Shown here: in pieces, positions 1 through 7,884 of the stretch
How the letters are laid out: every line of letters begins with the position of its first letter
Numbering within the stretch: position 1 is the stretch's first letter
Assembly: GCF_019464535.1 (NCBI RefSeq)
Contig: NZ_CP080507.1
Coordinates: 210,001-242,000 of the forward strand
DNA length: 32,000 nucleotides
Direction: 5' to 3'
Origin: Horticoccus luteus
GTDB taxonomy: Bacteria > Verrucomicrobiota > Verrucomicrobiia > Opitutales > Opitutaceae
Translations under genes and position numbers: made by a program
The notes under the pieces: generated by a model
Told to the model about the DNA's origin: nothing
Seen by the model: the letters and a program-made list of their open reading frames with translations, nothing else
Database searches by the model: none

Positions 1-606
1 GGCCTCGTCGAGGCGCAGGCCTTCGACGTAGGGCCAGTCGAGGGAGTTGCTGCGCTGGCCCACGGCGGCGGACGGATCGTAAAACGTGGTGAACTTGACG
101 TATTTCGCCGTCGGCAACGGGTCGGCGAGGGCGATGAGTTTCGCGAGGGGAAACCCGTCCCACGGCACGACCATCGACCAGGCTTCGACGCAGCGGTGGC
201 GATAGACGCGTTGCTCGAGGCCGAGTTGGCGCACGAGGGCGTTGACGTCGATTTTCTGCGGCGAGCGGACCAGGCCGGCGAGCTCGAGGGTCCACGCGTC
301 GGTGTTCCAGCCGCGGTTGGCGTTATCCTTGGGGTCGTCCTTGTTGAGGCCGAACTCGTAGAAGTTGTTATAGCTGGTGACGAGATTGTAGGGCGTGGGC
401 TTGAGGCCGGTGCCGTTGTAGGCGGGGTTTTGCTGATCGGGAAAGCCGGCGGTGGCGGCGAGGACGGAACGGGAGCCAAGGGTGAGCGCGGCGGCGCCGA
501 GGCCGAGCGTGCGGAGAAAGTCCCGGCGCGAGCGTTGGCGGTAAAGGGCTTCGGGCGTGACGGCGCTTTCGGGGAGTTCCCAGGACGAGGGCGTGCGAAT
601 GAGCAT
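1..606 (-). CDS. msrP: Protein-methionine-sulfoxide reductase catalytic subunit MsrP/YedY (molybdopterin oxidoreductase). Only the N-terminal ~202 aa are present; the 3' end runs off the window.
   Basis: Absent from the ORF track because it is edge-truncated. Reverse-strand translation from ATG 606..604 gives MLIRTPSSWELPESAVTPEALYRQRSRRDFLRTLGLGAAALTLG, with a twin-arginine RRDFLR signal. It continues ...YNNFYEFGLNKDDPKDNA...RVYRHRCVEAWSMVVPWDGFPLAKLIALADP..AKYVKFTTFYDP...LDWPYVEGLRLDEA. This is colinear with the E. coli YedY motifs YNNFYEFG, YRMRCVEAWSMVVPW and YPYVEGLRLDEA. Confidence 0.9.
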   Translation of the reverse strand, partial: MLIRTPSSWELPESAVTPEALYRQRSRRDFLRTLGLGAAALTLGSRSVLAATAGFPDQQNPAYNGTGLKPTPYNLVTSYNNFYEFGLNKDDPKDNANRGWNTDAWTLELAGLVRSPQKIDVNALVRQLGLEQRVYRHRCVEAWSMVVPWDGFPLAKLIALADPLPTAKYVKFTTFYDPSAAVGQRSNSLDWPYVEGLRLDEA

Positions 607-889
607 GACAGGAGGGGTTCGGAGCAGTGCAGAGGTGCGAGGCGCGAGAAGAGGATATTATTCCTCGCAACGACACGCAAACGGAGGCGCGGATTAAAAC
701 GGGTGAACGGGCGAGGGAGGTGCAGCCGTGGACCGGGGCGCGGCGCGGTGGTGGCGGGGAGCGGTGAACTTCACGGCGGCAATGGGACCGGAGGACACGG
801 ACGCCGAGAGCGGGCGAGTGCCGATTATGCTCGGCAAGGGCACCGGCATTTGGAATGCGTTGTCGGCTTCGTTTACAAAATATCGTTCT

Positions 890-2656
890 ATGGCAGCTTG
901 GGAATACAAGGTCATCACCAGCGGCAAGGGTGGGTTCGCCACGCCGGCATTGCTGGAAAAATTTCTTAACGACCTCGGTCGCGAGGAGTGGGAAATCGTC
1001 GAATTTCGTTCTTCACCCGACAACGTGCTCGCGTTCACCGGCCTCGTCCGGCGATCCACGCAACGGGACTGGACGCTCGAGGACGCGGCGGCGGCGGCGG
1101 CGCGGGCGGAGGCGGAGAAGCTGCGCGCGGAATTTGCGGCGAAGTTTCAAGGCTTGAGCGCGGCGGCGGCCCCCGGCCAACCGCAGACACCCGCGGCGCT
1201 GGCGGCGGACGCAGTGGAGGAAAAGCACGAATTTCGCCGCCCGGTGGACACCTCGCGCGACTTCGATCCGGATGCGCCGGAAGAAGAAAAAGAAGAGTGG
1301 GACAAGATTGGAGAAGAGGAGGAGCTGCCGACGTTTTTCGATGCGTTGAAGCCGCACATGCGCCGCAACCAGCGCGGGCCGGGGATGGCGGTGGGTGTGG
1401 AGTATCTCGCGAAGAAATGGGATCTGGCGGAAGAGGACATCAAGGGCGCGCTCGTGGAGTGCGGCCTCGAGGTGCCGGAGGACGACGACGCGAAACCGGT
1501 CTACGTGGAATTCGACGGCGATCTTTACTGGGTGAACGCGAATCGTCGCGGTGAGCTTTGGATTAATACGAAGGAGAAGCCGCGTCCGGTGTTTCGCACC
1601 GTGAAGGCGGAGCGCGCGCACATCGAAGACGAGGCGAAGCCGGAGGCGCGCCCGGCGCGGTCGGCGCAGCAGCCATCGCCGGCACCCGCGAAGGACGCGG
1701 TCGGAAGCGGCGACGGGCACGGAGCCCCGACTGAAGTAAAAGCGCCGAAGGCGCCGGTGGCGTTGCCCGAAGGGGCGGCGTTGCTCGACAAGGTGCGGCC
1801 GCAGATGCGGCGGAGCCGGCGCGGGCCGGGTGGCTCGGGGAGTGTAAGTTTTCTGTCGCGCGCGCTGCGCTGCGGCGAAGCGGATTTGCTGGCGGCGTTT
1901 GGCGCGCTCGGCCTCGTGGTGCCGGAAGCCGGGACGGAGAAGCCGGTGTATGTCGAACTCGGCGACGAAGTCTGGTGGTTGAATCGCGACCAGCGCGGCG
2001 GCATCTGGGTCAACGGTCGCGAGAAGCGGCCGGGTGAGACAGTGGAATCGCGCGAAGCGGATGATGCGCAGGCGGCGAGCGAAGCGCCGGCGGGCACGAC
2101 CAGCGGCGCGGGCGAAGGCCAGGCGGCGGCGTCGATCCCGGCGCACGATTTGCCGGCGGCCGAGGCTCCGCGAGCGAATGAAGCGGCGACAGCGGGGGCG
2201 GCGGAAGCGCCGTCCCATAACCCGAGCGGCGGCGTGCTGGCGGGCGTGCGGCTGCTGTTGAAGGAAACGCGCACGGGCTCGGTGGCGGGCAAGGTTGAGC
2301 GCGTGGCCGATGAATTGGGCAAATCAGCCGACGAACTCACGGGCGCGCTGGTGGCGGCCGGGTTGAAAGTGCCGGAGAAGCCGCGCGAGAAGCCGGTGTT
2401 CGTCGAACACGGCGGCGAAATCTTTTGGTTCAACCTCAATGGCAAAGGCGAATTGTGGGTGAACGCGAAGGCTTCGAAATACCCCGAGGGCGGAGAGGAA
2501 GACGCGAGCGGCGCAGACCGCAAACCGCGGGGCGCGCGGGGGCGGGGCCGCAAAAAGAGCGATGCGCCGGCCGGCGAAGTGAATGAAAGCGCGAGCGACG
2601 CAGCGCCGGCGGACGCGGCGGCGGAAGCACCCGCGGACGAAGCGCGCGGCGAATAA
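890..2656 (+). CDS. Hypothetical protein. N-terminal DUF4177-like domain, three diverged ~85-aa repeat modules separated by acidic or Ala/Pro-rich linkers, and an Arg/Gly/Lys-rich C-terminal tail.
   Basis: The track ORF 728..2656 begins at a GTG. I place the start at ATG 890, where the domain MAAWEYKVITSGKGGFATPALLEKFLNDLGREEWEIVEF begins (the WEYKV..GGF..LN..G.EGWE.V pattern typical of DUF4177). This frame has non-artefactual amino-acid composition and G/C third-position bias. The antisense ORFs 1013..2218 and 1525..2553 are Arg/Pro/Ser-rich artefacts. Confidence 0.8.
   Translation: MAAWEYKVITSGKGGFATPALLEKFLNDLGREEWEIVEFRSSPDNVLAFTGLVRRSTQRDWTLEDAAAAAARAEAEKLRAEFAAKFQGLSAAAAPGQPQTPAALAADAVEEKHEFRRPVDTSRDFDPDAPEEEKEEWDKIGEEEELPTFFDALKPHMRRNQRGPGMAVGVEYLAKKWDLAEEDIKGALVECGLEVPEDDDAKPVYVEFDGDLYWVNANRRGELWINTKEKPRPVFRTVKAERAHIEDEAKPEARPARSAQQPSPAPAKDAVGSGDGHGAPTEVKAPKAPVALPEGAALLDKVRPQMRRSRRGPGGSGSVSFLSRALRCGEADLLAAFGALGLVVPEAGTEKPVYVELGDEVWWLNRDQRGGIWVNGREKRPGETVESREADDAQAASEAPAGTTSGAGEGQAAASIPAHDLPAAEAPRANEAATAGAAEAPSHNPSGGVLAGVRLLLKETRTGSVAGKVERVADELGKSADELTGALVAAGLKVPEKPREKPVFVEHGGEIFWFNLNGKGELWVNAKASKYPEGGEEDASGADRKPRGARGRGRKKSDAPAGEVNESASDAAPADAAAEAPADEARGE
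1325..1582 (+). repeat. Protein-level repeat module 1 within CDS 890..2656
   Basis: LPTFFDALKPHMRRNQRGPGMAVGVEYLAKKWDLAEEDIKGALVECGLEVPEDDDAKPVYVEFDGDLYWVNANRRGELWINTKEKP. Confidence 0.8.
1772..2032 (+). repeat. Protein-level repeat module 2 within CDS 890..2656
   Basis: GAALLDKVRPQMRRSRRGPGGSGSVSFLSRALRCGEADLLAAFGALGLVVPEAGTEKPVYVELGDEVWWLNRDQRGGIWVNGREKRP. Aligns column by column with module 1: [RK]P.MRR..RGPG, GL.VPE, KPVYVE, W[WV].N, G.[LI]W[VI]N. Confidence 0.8.
2228..2479 (+). repeat. Protein-level repeat module 3 within CDS 890..2656 (most diverged)
   Basis: GGVLAGVRLLLKETRTGSVAGKVERVADELGKSADELTGALVAAGLKVPEKPREKPVFVEHGGEIFWFNLNGKGELWVNAKASK. Confidence 0.75.
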
Positions 2657-2842
2657 CGGCGACGCGGGTGAGGGAACGCGGCGAAGGGGCGCGCGAGCGG
2701 CGTCGCGTTCGTTGACGATGCGACCGGGTGCGCGCGGCGCCAGCGTTAAGAAACCTCGCGTCGGCGCGGGCGCGGCGGAAAGCCGCGGCGACGTTGCGGG
2801 CTAGGTGCAAATCGCTCAAGCGCCTCGCGCGGGGCGCGTCGT

Positions 2843-3484
2843 TCAAGGCTGGATGAGGCCGCGGCGGATCGCGAAGCGGATGAGGTCGGTCTGATTTTGG
2901 AGGCCGAGTTTGCGCATCAGGTTTGTGCGGTGGGTCTCCGCGGTGCGCGGGCTGATGAAGAGTTTTTCGGCAATCTCGCTGGTGGCGAGGCCTTCGGCGG
3001 CGAAGTGCAGCACCTCGCGTTCGCGCGGGGAGAGCGAGGCAAGGGCGTCGCTCGAATCGGCGGGTTTGTTGACGAGGGCGTTGATGGCCCATTCGGAAAG
3101 GGGGCCGCTGAGGAAACGGCGGCCGGCGAGCACTTCTCTGATGGCGCGGAGAATTTCGGTGCTGTCGGAGCCTTTGAGCACGTAAGCCATCGCGCCGCCG
3201 CGCAGGGCCTCGATGACGTAGGGTTCGTCGTTGTGCATCGAGAGAATGACGACCTTCGTGCGTGGGCTGGACGCCCGGGCCTGGCGCAGAACTTCGATGC
3301 CGTGCAGGCGGGGCAGGCTGAGGTCGAGGACGAGCAGGTCGGGTTGATGTTGCGCGACGGCTTGGGCGGCGGAAAGCCCGTCGGCGAGTTCGGCGACGAT
3401 GGTGAAGCACCCTTCCGCTTCGAGCATGCTGCGCACGCCGCGCCGGACTATGTCGTGATCATCGGCGAGAACGACGGTGGTCAT
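2843..3484 (-). CDS. NarL/FixJ (LuxR-type HTH) family two-component response regulator
   Basis: 213 aa. The receiver shows MTTVVLADDHDIVRRG and DLLVLDLSLPRLHG (phospho-acceptor Asp context). The C-terminal LuxR HTH is LSPREREVLHFAAEGLATSEIAEKLFISPRTAETHRTNLMRKLGL. Its ATG (3484..3482) overlaps the TGA of the upstream kinase gene as ATGA. Confidence 0.93.
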   Translation of the reverse strand: MTTVVLADDHDIVRRGVRSMLEAEGCFTIVAELADGLSAAQAVAQHQPDLLVLDLSLPRLHGIEVLRQARASSPRTKVVILSMHNDEPYVIEALRGGAMAYVLKGSDSTEILRAIREVLAGRRFLSGPLSEWAINALVNKPADSSDALASLSPREREVLHFAAEGLATSEIAEKLFISPRTAETHRTNLMRKLGLQNQTDLIRFAIRRGLIQP

Positions 3485-5118
3485 GGCGCGGAAGGAGCGG
3501 CGGCGGGGCCGAGGGGGAAACTGGCGTTGACGCGGGTGCCGACGCCGGGGCGCGAGAAAATCTCCAGGGAGCCGCCGGCCAGGCTGACGCGTTCGGCGAT
3601 GCCGGTGAGGCCGACGGAGTCGCGGGAGGCGAGGGCGTGGTCGACATCGAAGCCGCAGCCGCGGTCGGTGATTTCGACCAGGACGTGATCATCGTCGCGG
3701 GTGACGGTGACGGACGCGTGGGCGGTGCCGGAATGGCGGGCGACGTTGGTGAGGGACTCTTGCACGACGCGAAAAATGGCGGTCTCGAGTTCGCCGGCGA
3801 GGCGGTCGGCGGGCAGGGAAATCTCGAGGTCGACGGCAATGCTGGTTTGTTTTTCGAAGAGGCCGACGTGCCATTCGAGGGCGGGGCGCAGACCGAGGTC
3901 GTCAAGGATGCGCGGGCGAAATTGCTGCGTCATCTGGCGCACGCGGCTGAGAAGATCGTCGGCGAGGTGGAGGGCTTCGGTGAGCGCGGGGCGCAGTTCG
4001 GGCGCGGCCGCGGCGGTGGATTTTTCGAGTTGGAATTTCAGGCCGGTGAGCATCTGGCCGACCTGATCGTGGAGTTCGCGGGCGAGGGCGCGGCGCTCGT
4101 CTTCCTGAATGCGGATGAGGCGTTGCGAGAGTTCCTGCAGGCGCGCGGCGTAGCCTTCGGCGCGGCTTTCGGCGGCGCGGCGCACGGCGATTTGCTGTTC
4201 CAACTCGGCGGTGCGGGCGGTGACCTGGGCTTCGAGGGAGCGGTTGAGGTTTTCGAGTTCGCGGGTGAGGCGGAGATTCTCGCGCTCGGTGTGGTGCGCG
4301 TTGAGGAGGTTGTTGAGCGAAAAGACGAGTTCGAGGAGGTAGCCGTCGCGGTAGGCGAGGTAGTCGGCGGCGCCGAGTTTGAAGGCGGCGACGGCGGTGT
4401 CGGCATCGGTGCGGGTGGAGACGACGATGGAACGCAGATCGCGGGCGTGAAAGCGGAGGCGGCGCAACACGTCGACGGGATTATCGGCGCCGGGAGAGGG
4501 GCCGAGAATGGCGAGGGCGGGCGCGGGCCCGGTGGTGATCGTGCGCTCCATCTCGGCGAGGCTGCCGAGCTCGACGAGGGTCAAGGGCCGGGCGCTTTCA
4601 CCGAGGAAGGCGCGCAGGCTGTCGCGCACGAGGGGGTTGGTTTCGAGGAGCAGGACGCGCGGCGGCGCGTCGGCGGGCGGAGCGGTGAGGCCGGCGGAAG
4701 GGCCTGGGGCGACGGAGGCAAAAGGGGCGGCGGAGCGGCGCGCGGCGACGTGCTGCGCATAGATGCGTTCGATGATTTCCGGGAGTTGGAGGAATTGCGG
4801 CGAGGCTTTGTCGATGCAATCGACGGCACCCGCGCGCAGGGCGCGCACGGCGAGTTCGTTCTGGCCCTGGCTGCTGACCATGAGAACGGGGGTGGGATCG
4901 CGGCGGGCGGCGAGTTCGGCGAGAATGTGCAGGCCGTCGGAATCGGGCAGCACCATGTCGAGCAGCAGCAGGTCGACGCCGCCTTGCTGCATGCGGGCGA
5001 GGCAGGCGCGAGCGGTGACGACGGTCTCGACGTGGAACTCGCTGGACGCATGCGCCAGATACAGGCGCACCATTTGGGGGAGCTGCGGATCGTCTTCGGC
5101 GTAGAGAACGCGAATCAT
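3481..5118 (-). CDS. Soluble hybrid sensor histidine kinase: REC, degenerate REC, coiled coil, HisKA_3, HATPase_c (NarL-partner class)
   Basis: Track ORF 3481..5895 is over-extended. The real start is ATG 5118..5116 (MIRVLYAEDDPQ...), and the upstream extension is Pro/Ser/Arg-rich junk overlapping the crotonase gene. REC1 has LLLLDMVLPDSDG and VDCIDKA. The second REC-like segment has VLLLETN and ALAILGPSPG, so the acidic pocket and acceptor Asp are missing. H-box is LARELHDQVGQMLTGL. N/G boxes are ESLTNVARHS, DRGCGFD and GLTGIAERV. There are no hydrophobic TM segments. Confidence 0.88.
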   Translation of the reverse strand: MIRVLYAEDDPQLPQMVRLYLAHASSEFHVETVVTARACLARMQQGGVDLLLLDMVLPDSDGLHILAELAARRDPTPVLMVSSQGQNELAVRALRAGAVDCIDKASPQFLQLPEIIERIYAQHVAARRSAAPFASVAPGPSAGLTAPPADAPPRVLLLETNPLVRDSLRAFLGESARPLTLVELGSLAEMERTITTGPAPALAILGPSPGADNPVDVLRRLRFHARDLRSIVVSTRTDADTAVAAFKLGAADYLAYRDGYLLELVFSLNNLLNAHHTERENLRLTRELENLNRSLEAQVTARTAELEQQIAVRRAAESRAEGYAARLQELSQRLIRIQEDERRALARELHDQVGQMLTGLKFQLEKSTAAAAPELRPALTEALHLADDLLSRVRQMTQQFRPRILDDLGLRPALEWHVGLFEKQTSIAVDLEISLPADRLAGELETAIFRVVQESLTNVARHSGTAHASVTVTRDDDHVLVEITDRGCGFDVDHALASRDSVGLTGIAERVSLAGGSLEIFSRPGVGTRVNASFPLGPAAAPSAP

Positions 5119-5184
5119 ACAGGGGTTAGCCGAGGGTAACCGCGAGCGCGCGCTTGAAAAGATGTTTTCGCGGCCGTGGGCGGA

Positions 5185-5217
5185 GGAAAAAGGCGCGGCG
5201 GCGGTCGGGGCGCCGCG
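5185..5217 (-). terminator. Candidate intrinsic terminator downstream of the crotonase gene
   Basis: On the minus strand, CGCGGCG pairs with CGCCGCG (7-bp stem; plus-strand coordinates 5194-5200 and 5211-5217). It is followed by CCTTTTTCC (plus-strand GGAAAAAGG at 5185-5193). It lies between the crotonase stop (5237) and the kinase start (5118). Confidence 0.45.
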
Positions 5218-5236
5218 GCGGGCGCGGGAGCGGAGA

Positions 5237-6016
5237 TCAGGCGGGCGGCGCCCACGAGGGCAGGCGCTTCGCTTGGAACGCGGCGATGCCTTCCTGCGCT
5301 TCGGGGGAGTTGCGCGCCTGCAGATGAAACGCGAGGGCGTGATCGAGGTCGTGCTGGACGGTGTGCGGCCAGAGATCGCGGAGGAGCTGCTTCGTTTGCG
5401 CGATGGCGCCGGGCGCCGCGTGGAGCAACGCGTGCACGAGTGAATCGACTTCGTGCTCGAGCGCGGCGGAGTCGTCGGCGAGCCGGTTGACGAGCCCAAG
5501 CGCGTGGGCGTGGGCGGCGTCGAACGGAGCGCCGAGGAGCAGCAGTTCGCGGAGGTCGCGTTCGCGGAGTTGGCGGCGGAGAAACGTGAGGATGAGGCCG
5601 GCGACGAGTCCGCGCCGGACTTCCGGAAAACCGAATTTCGCGTTGCGGGTGGCGACGGCGAAATCGCACGCGGCCATGAGCCCGGCGCCACCGGCGATGG
5701 CGGCGCCTTGGACGACCGCGATGGTGGCGAGGCGTGTGCCGCTGAGGGCGGCGAGCGCGCGGGCGACGAGATCGGCGGAGGCGTGCGCGCGTTCCGGTCG
5801 AGCGGCTTCGGCGAGGTCGAGTCCGGCGCAAAACACGGGGCCGGCGCCGCGGAGGATGAGGATGCGTTGCGTGGCGTCGGCGCCGGCGGTTTCAAGGCCG
5901 GCGAGGAGCGCGGTGAGGAGCTCGACGTTGAGGGCGTTGCGTTTGTCGGGGCGGTTGAGCGTCAAGGTGGTGACGGCGCCGGTGGCGGCGCAGAGGAGCG
6001 GCGCGACGGAAGTCAT
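5237..6016 (-). CDS. Enoyl-CoA hydratase/isomerase (crotonase) family protein, LiuC/AtuE-like
   Basis: 259 aa. VTTLTLNRPDKRNALNVELLTALLAGLE...LILRGAGPVFCAGLDL is the classic crotonase oxyanion-hole region, and FGFPEVRRGLV is also present. Its ATG overlaps the stop of the upstream ORF as ATGA at 6013-6016. Confidence 0.9.
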   Translation of the reverse strand: MTSVAPLLCAATGAVTTLTLNRPDKRNALNVELLTALLAGLETAGADATQRILILRGAGPVFCAGLDLAEAARPERAHASADLVARALAALSGTRLATIAVVQGAAIAGGAGLMAACDFAVATRNAKFGFPEVRRGLVAGLILTFLRRQLRERDLRELLLLGAPFDAAHAHALGLVNRLADDSAALEHEVDSLVHALLHAAPGAIAQTKQLLRDLWPHTVQHDLDHALAFHLQARNSPEAQEGIAAFQAKRLPSWAPPA

Positions 6017-6333
6017 GGCGTGGCGGGAAAAGCGATGGGCATTTCGAGGAGCGCCATGCCGAGGGTTTTGCCTTGGGCGTCGATGCGCAGCGAGCGGCTG
6101 CCGCCGCCGGCGAGGATGGAGGGGAGGAGAAAGTTGAGCGCCTCAAGGTTGGGGACGTCGTAGCGCGCGACGGTGCCGACGCCGAGCGGGCGGAAATATT
6201 CTTCGACGCGCGCGGCCGTGAGATGAGCGCGCAGAAACGTGTAGGCGGCGGGCGTGCGCGCGAAGACGGCGACGTTGGCGGAGTTGCCTTTGTCGCCGCT
6301 GCGGGCGAAGGCGATTTCGCGGAGCGGGATCAT
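6013..6333 (-). CDS. AtuA C-terminal-domain-like small protein (DUF4387-like)
   Basis: MIPLREIAFARSGDKGNSANVAVFARTPAAYTFLRAHLTAARVEEYF...RYDVPNLEALNFLLPSILAGGGSRSLRIDAQGKTLG. The RSGDKG and GGG..SLR.D.QGK motifs match the C-terminal part of full-length AtuA proteins. I prefer ATG 6333 as the start. The track start at 6417 is a TTG, and the intervening peptide is not protein-like. Confidence 0.7.
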   Translation of the reverse strand: MIPLREIAFARSGDKGNSANVAVFARTPAAYTFLRAHLTAARVEEYFRPLGVGTVARYDVPNLEALNFLLPSILAGGGSRSLRIDAQGKTLGMALLEMPIAFPATP

Positions 6334-6426
6334 CGGGGGAGCGCGGTGTGGTTTGGGGACGATTCGAGCGAGGGCGCGGCACGACGGGGCGTGGGCCGAG
6401 CGTGAGTTGGTGAGCAAGTCGAGCGG

Positions 6427-7821
6427 TCAGAGAAGCTGCATGGTGGGTTGAACGAGGTCGCGCGCGATGAGGCAGGGCCAGTAGCCGAAGATCGGCAGAA
6501 TTTTCGGGCGGCCGGTGGCGTAGCCGGTGACGCCTTGCGGGCCGCACGTGACGAGGGGCGCGATTTCTTTGGTGAAGCGTTCCACGGGCTCCTTGTGATC
6601 GGCGGCGACGCTGAGGCGGAGAACGGTTTCGAGGAGATCGGCGTCGCGCACACGGCGTGCGAGGCCTTGCACGCTCGCGCCGGTGCCGAGGCATTCGACG
6701 AGGGTCTCGCGAAAGACGCAGCCGCGGGCGGTGAGGCGCGCGAGAATGGCGTCGCCGGCGCGGCGGGCTTTTTTCACGGCGTCGTGGCCGAAAACCGTGA
6801 GCAGCCCGTGGGCCTTGTAGCCATCGCGGAAGGTGCTGCTGACTTTGTAGGTGGGCGGCGGCGCGCGGCCGGTGGCGCCGGCGACGCGAACGCGGTCGGG
6901 TGCGAGTTGCGCGAGGCGCAGGGTGAGAAACGAGACGGTGGCATCGGGCGAGAGATAATTTCCCGGGTCACCGATTTCGTAGAGGAGTTGCTCTTTGATG
7001 GTGGCGAGGGAAACGGTGCCGCCGGTGCCGGGAGGTTTGGTGAGGACGCAGGAGCCGTCGGCGGAAATCTCGACGATCGGAAACCCGAGGTCTTCGGGCG
7101 CGGGGAGATCGAGCCAGTCGGTGGAAAAGCCGCCGCAGGCCTGCGTGCCGCACTCGATGAGGTGGCCGGCGACGGTGGCGCCGGCGAGGGCGTCGTAATC
7201 GTGGTCGCTCCAGCCGAAGTGCGCGAGGCACGGGCCGACGGTGAGCGACGGATCGGCGACGCGGCCGGTGATGACGATATCGGCGCCAGCGAGCAGCGCG
7301 TCGGCAATCGGGCGGGCGCCGAGATACGCGTTGGCGGTGACCAAGCGCGGGGCAACAGCGGAGAGCGGCGCGGCGGTTTCGAGGTTGGCGTAAGCGGCGC
7401 CGGACGAGGAGCGCAGGATGGGCAGCACGTCGTCGCCGGTGACGACCGCGAGGCGGAGATGGGCGAGGCCGGCGGCGGCGAGTTCGGCGCGGACCGCGGT
7501 GGCGCAGGCGAGGGGCGCGAGGCCGCCGGCGTTGGTGACGAGGCGGGTGCGGCCGCCGTTTTGGTAGAAGGGAATCAGCGAGTGAACGACGTCGACGAAG
7601 TCGCGCGCGTAGCCGGCGGCGGGGTCTTTCGCGCGGACGATCGCCATGATCGAGAGCGAGACTTCGGCAAGATAATCGAGCGTGAGAAAATCGAGGTCCG
7701 GTTGCTGCGCGAGGAGGCGCGCGGCGGCGTCGGGGGAGTCGCCCCAGAAGCCGGAGGCGTTGGCGATTTTGAGGGGAGTTTTTTGCGACACGGAGGAGAC
7801 GGAGGAGACGCCGGGTTTCAC
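6427..7821 (-). CDS. atuA: Acyclic terpene utilisation AtuA-like protein (DUF1446 domain)
   Basis: 464 aa. LKIANASGFWGDSPDAAARLLAQQPDLDFLTLDYLAEVSLSIMAIVRAKDPAAGYARDFV matches the AtuA N-terminus pattern (IGCASAFWGD...LDYLVFDYLAE.TMSI...KDP..GYA.DF). The start is uncertain: ATG 7821 or in-frame GTG 7791. Confidence 0.82.
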   Translation of the reverse strand: MKPGVSSVSSVSQKTPLKIANASGFWGDSPDAAARLLAQQPDLDFLTLDYLAEVSLSIMAIVRAKDPAAGYARDFVDVVHSLIPFYQNGGRTRLVTNAGGLAPLACATAVRAELAAAGLAHLRLAVVTGDDVLPILRSSSGAAYANLETAAPLSAVAPRLVTANAYLGARPIADALLAGADIVITGRVADPSLTVGPCLAHFGWSDHDYDALAGATVAGHLIECGTQACGGFSTDWLDLPAPEDLGFPIVEISADGSCVLTKPPGTGGTVSLATIKEQLLYEIGDPGNYLSPDATVSFLTLRLAQLAPDRVRVAGATGRAPPPTYKVSSTFRDGYKAHGLLTVFGHDAVKKARRAGDAILARLTARGCVFRETLVECLGTGASVQGLARRVRDADLLETVLRLSVAADHKEPVERFTKEIAPLVTCGPQGVTGYATGRPKILPIFGYWPCLIARDLVQPTMQLL

Positions 7822-7884
7822 AGAGTTCTGGTCAACGATGGCCGTTCGTCGCGTTCGGCAGCGGGCGGCGGGGCGAGGACAAGA

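Noticed and set aside
641-668. Imperfect palindrome GCGAGAAGAGGATATTATTCCTCGC between msrP and the DUF4177-like gene, considered as an operator or -10 element.
   Set aside because: It is a single occurrence. The central TATTAT may simply be a promoter -10 for one of the divergent genes, and this cannot be distinguished without TSS data.
5119-5895. 5' extensions of track ORFs: 3481..5895 beyond 5118, 9125..9712, 11543..11671, 728..889, 28463..28507, 29409..29609 and 31798..31959.
   Set aside because: The extensions are Arg/Pro/Ser-rich, overlap neighbouring genes or the tmRNA flank, and precede an internal start codon at which the recognisable conserved domain begins.
7789-7821. Tandem 9-nt duplication GGAGGAGAC x2 (7792-7809), encoding VSSVSSVS at the extreme 5' end of the AtuA-like ORF.
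   Set aside because: It is a tiny slippage-type duplication in a probably non-conserved or untranslated leader. The in-frame GTG 7791 may be the real start. There are only two copies and no sign of phase-variable function.
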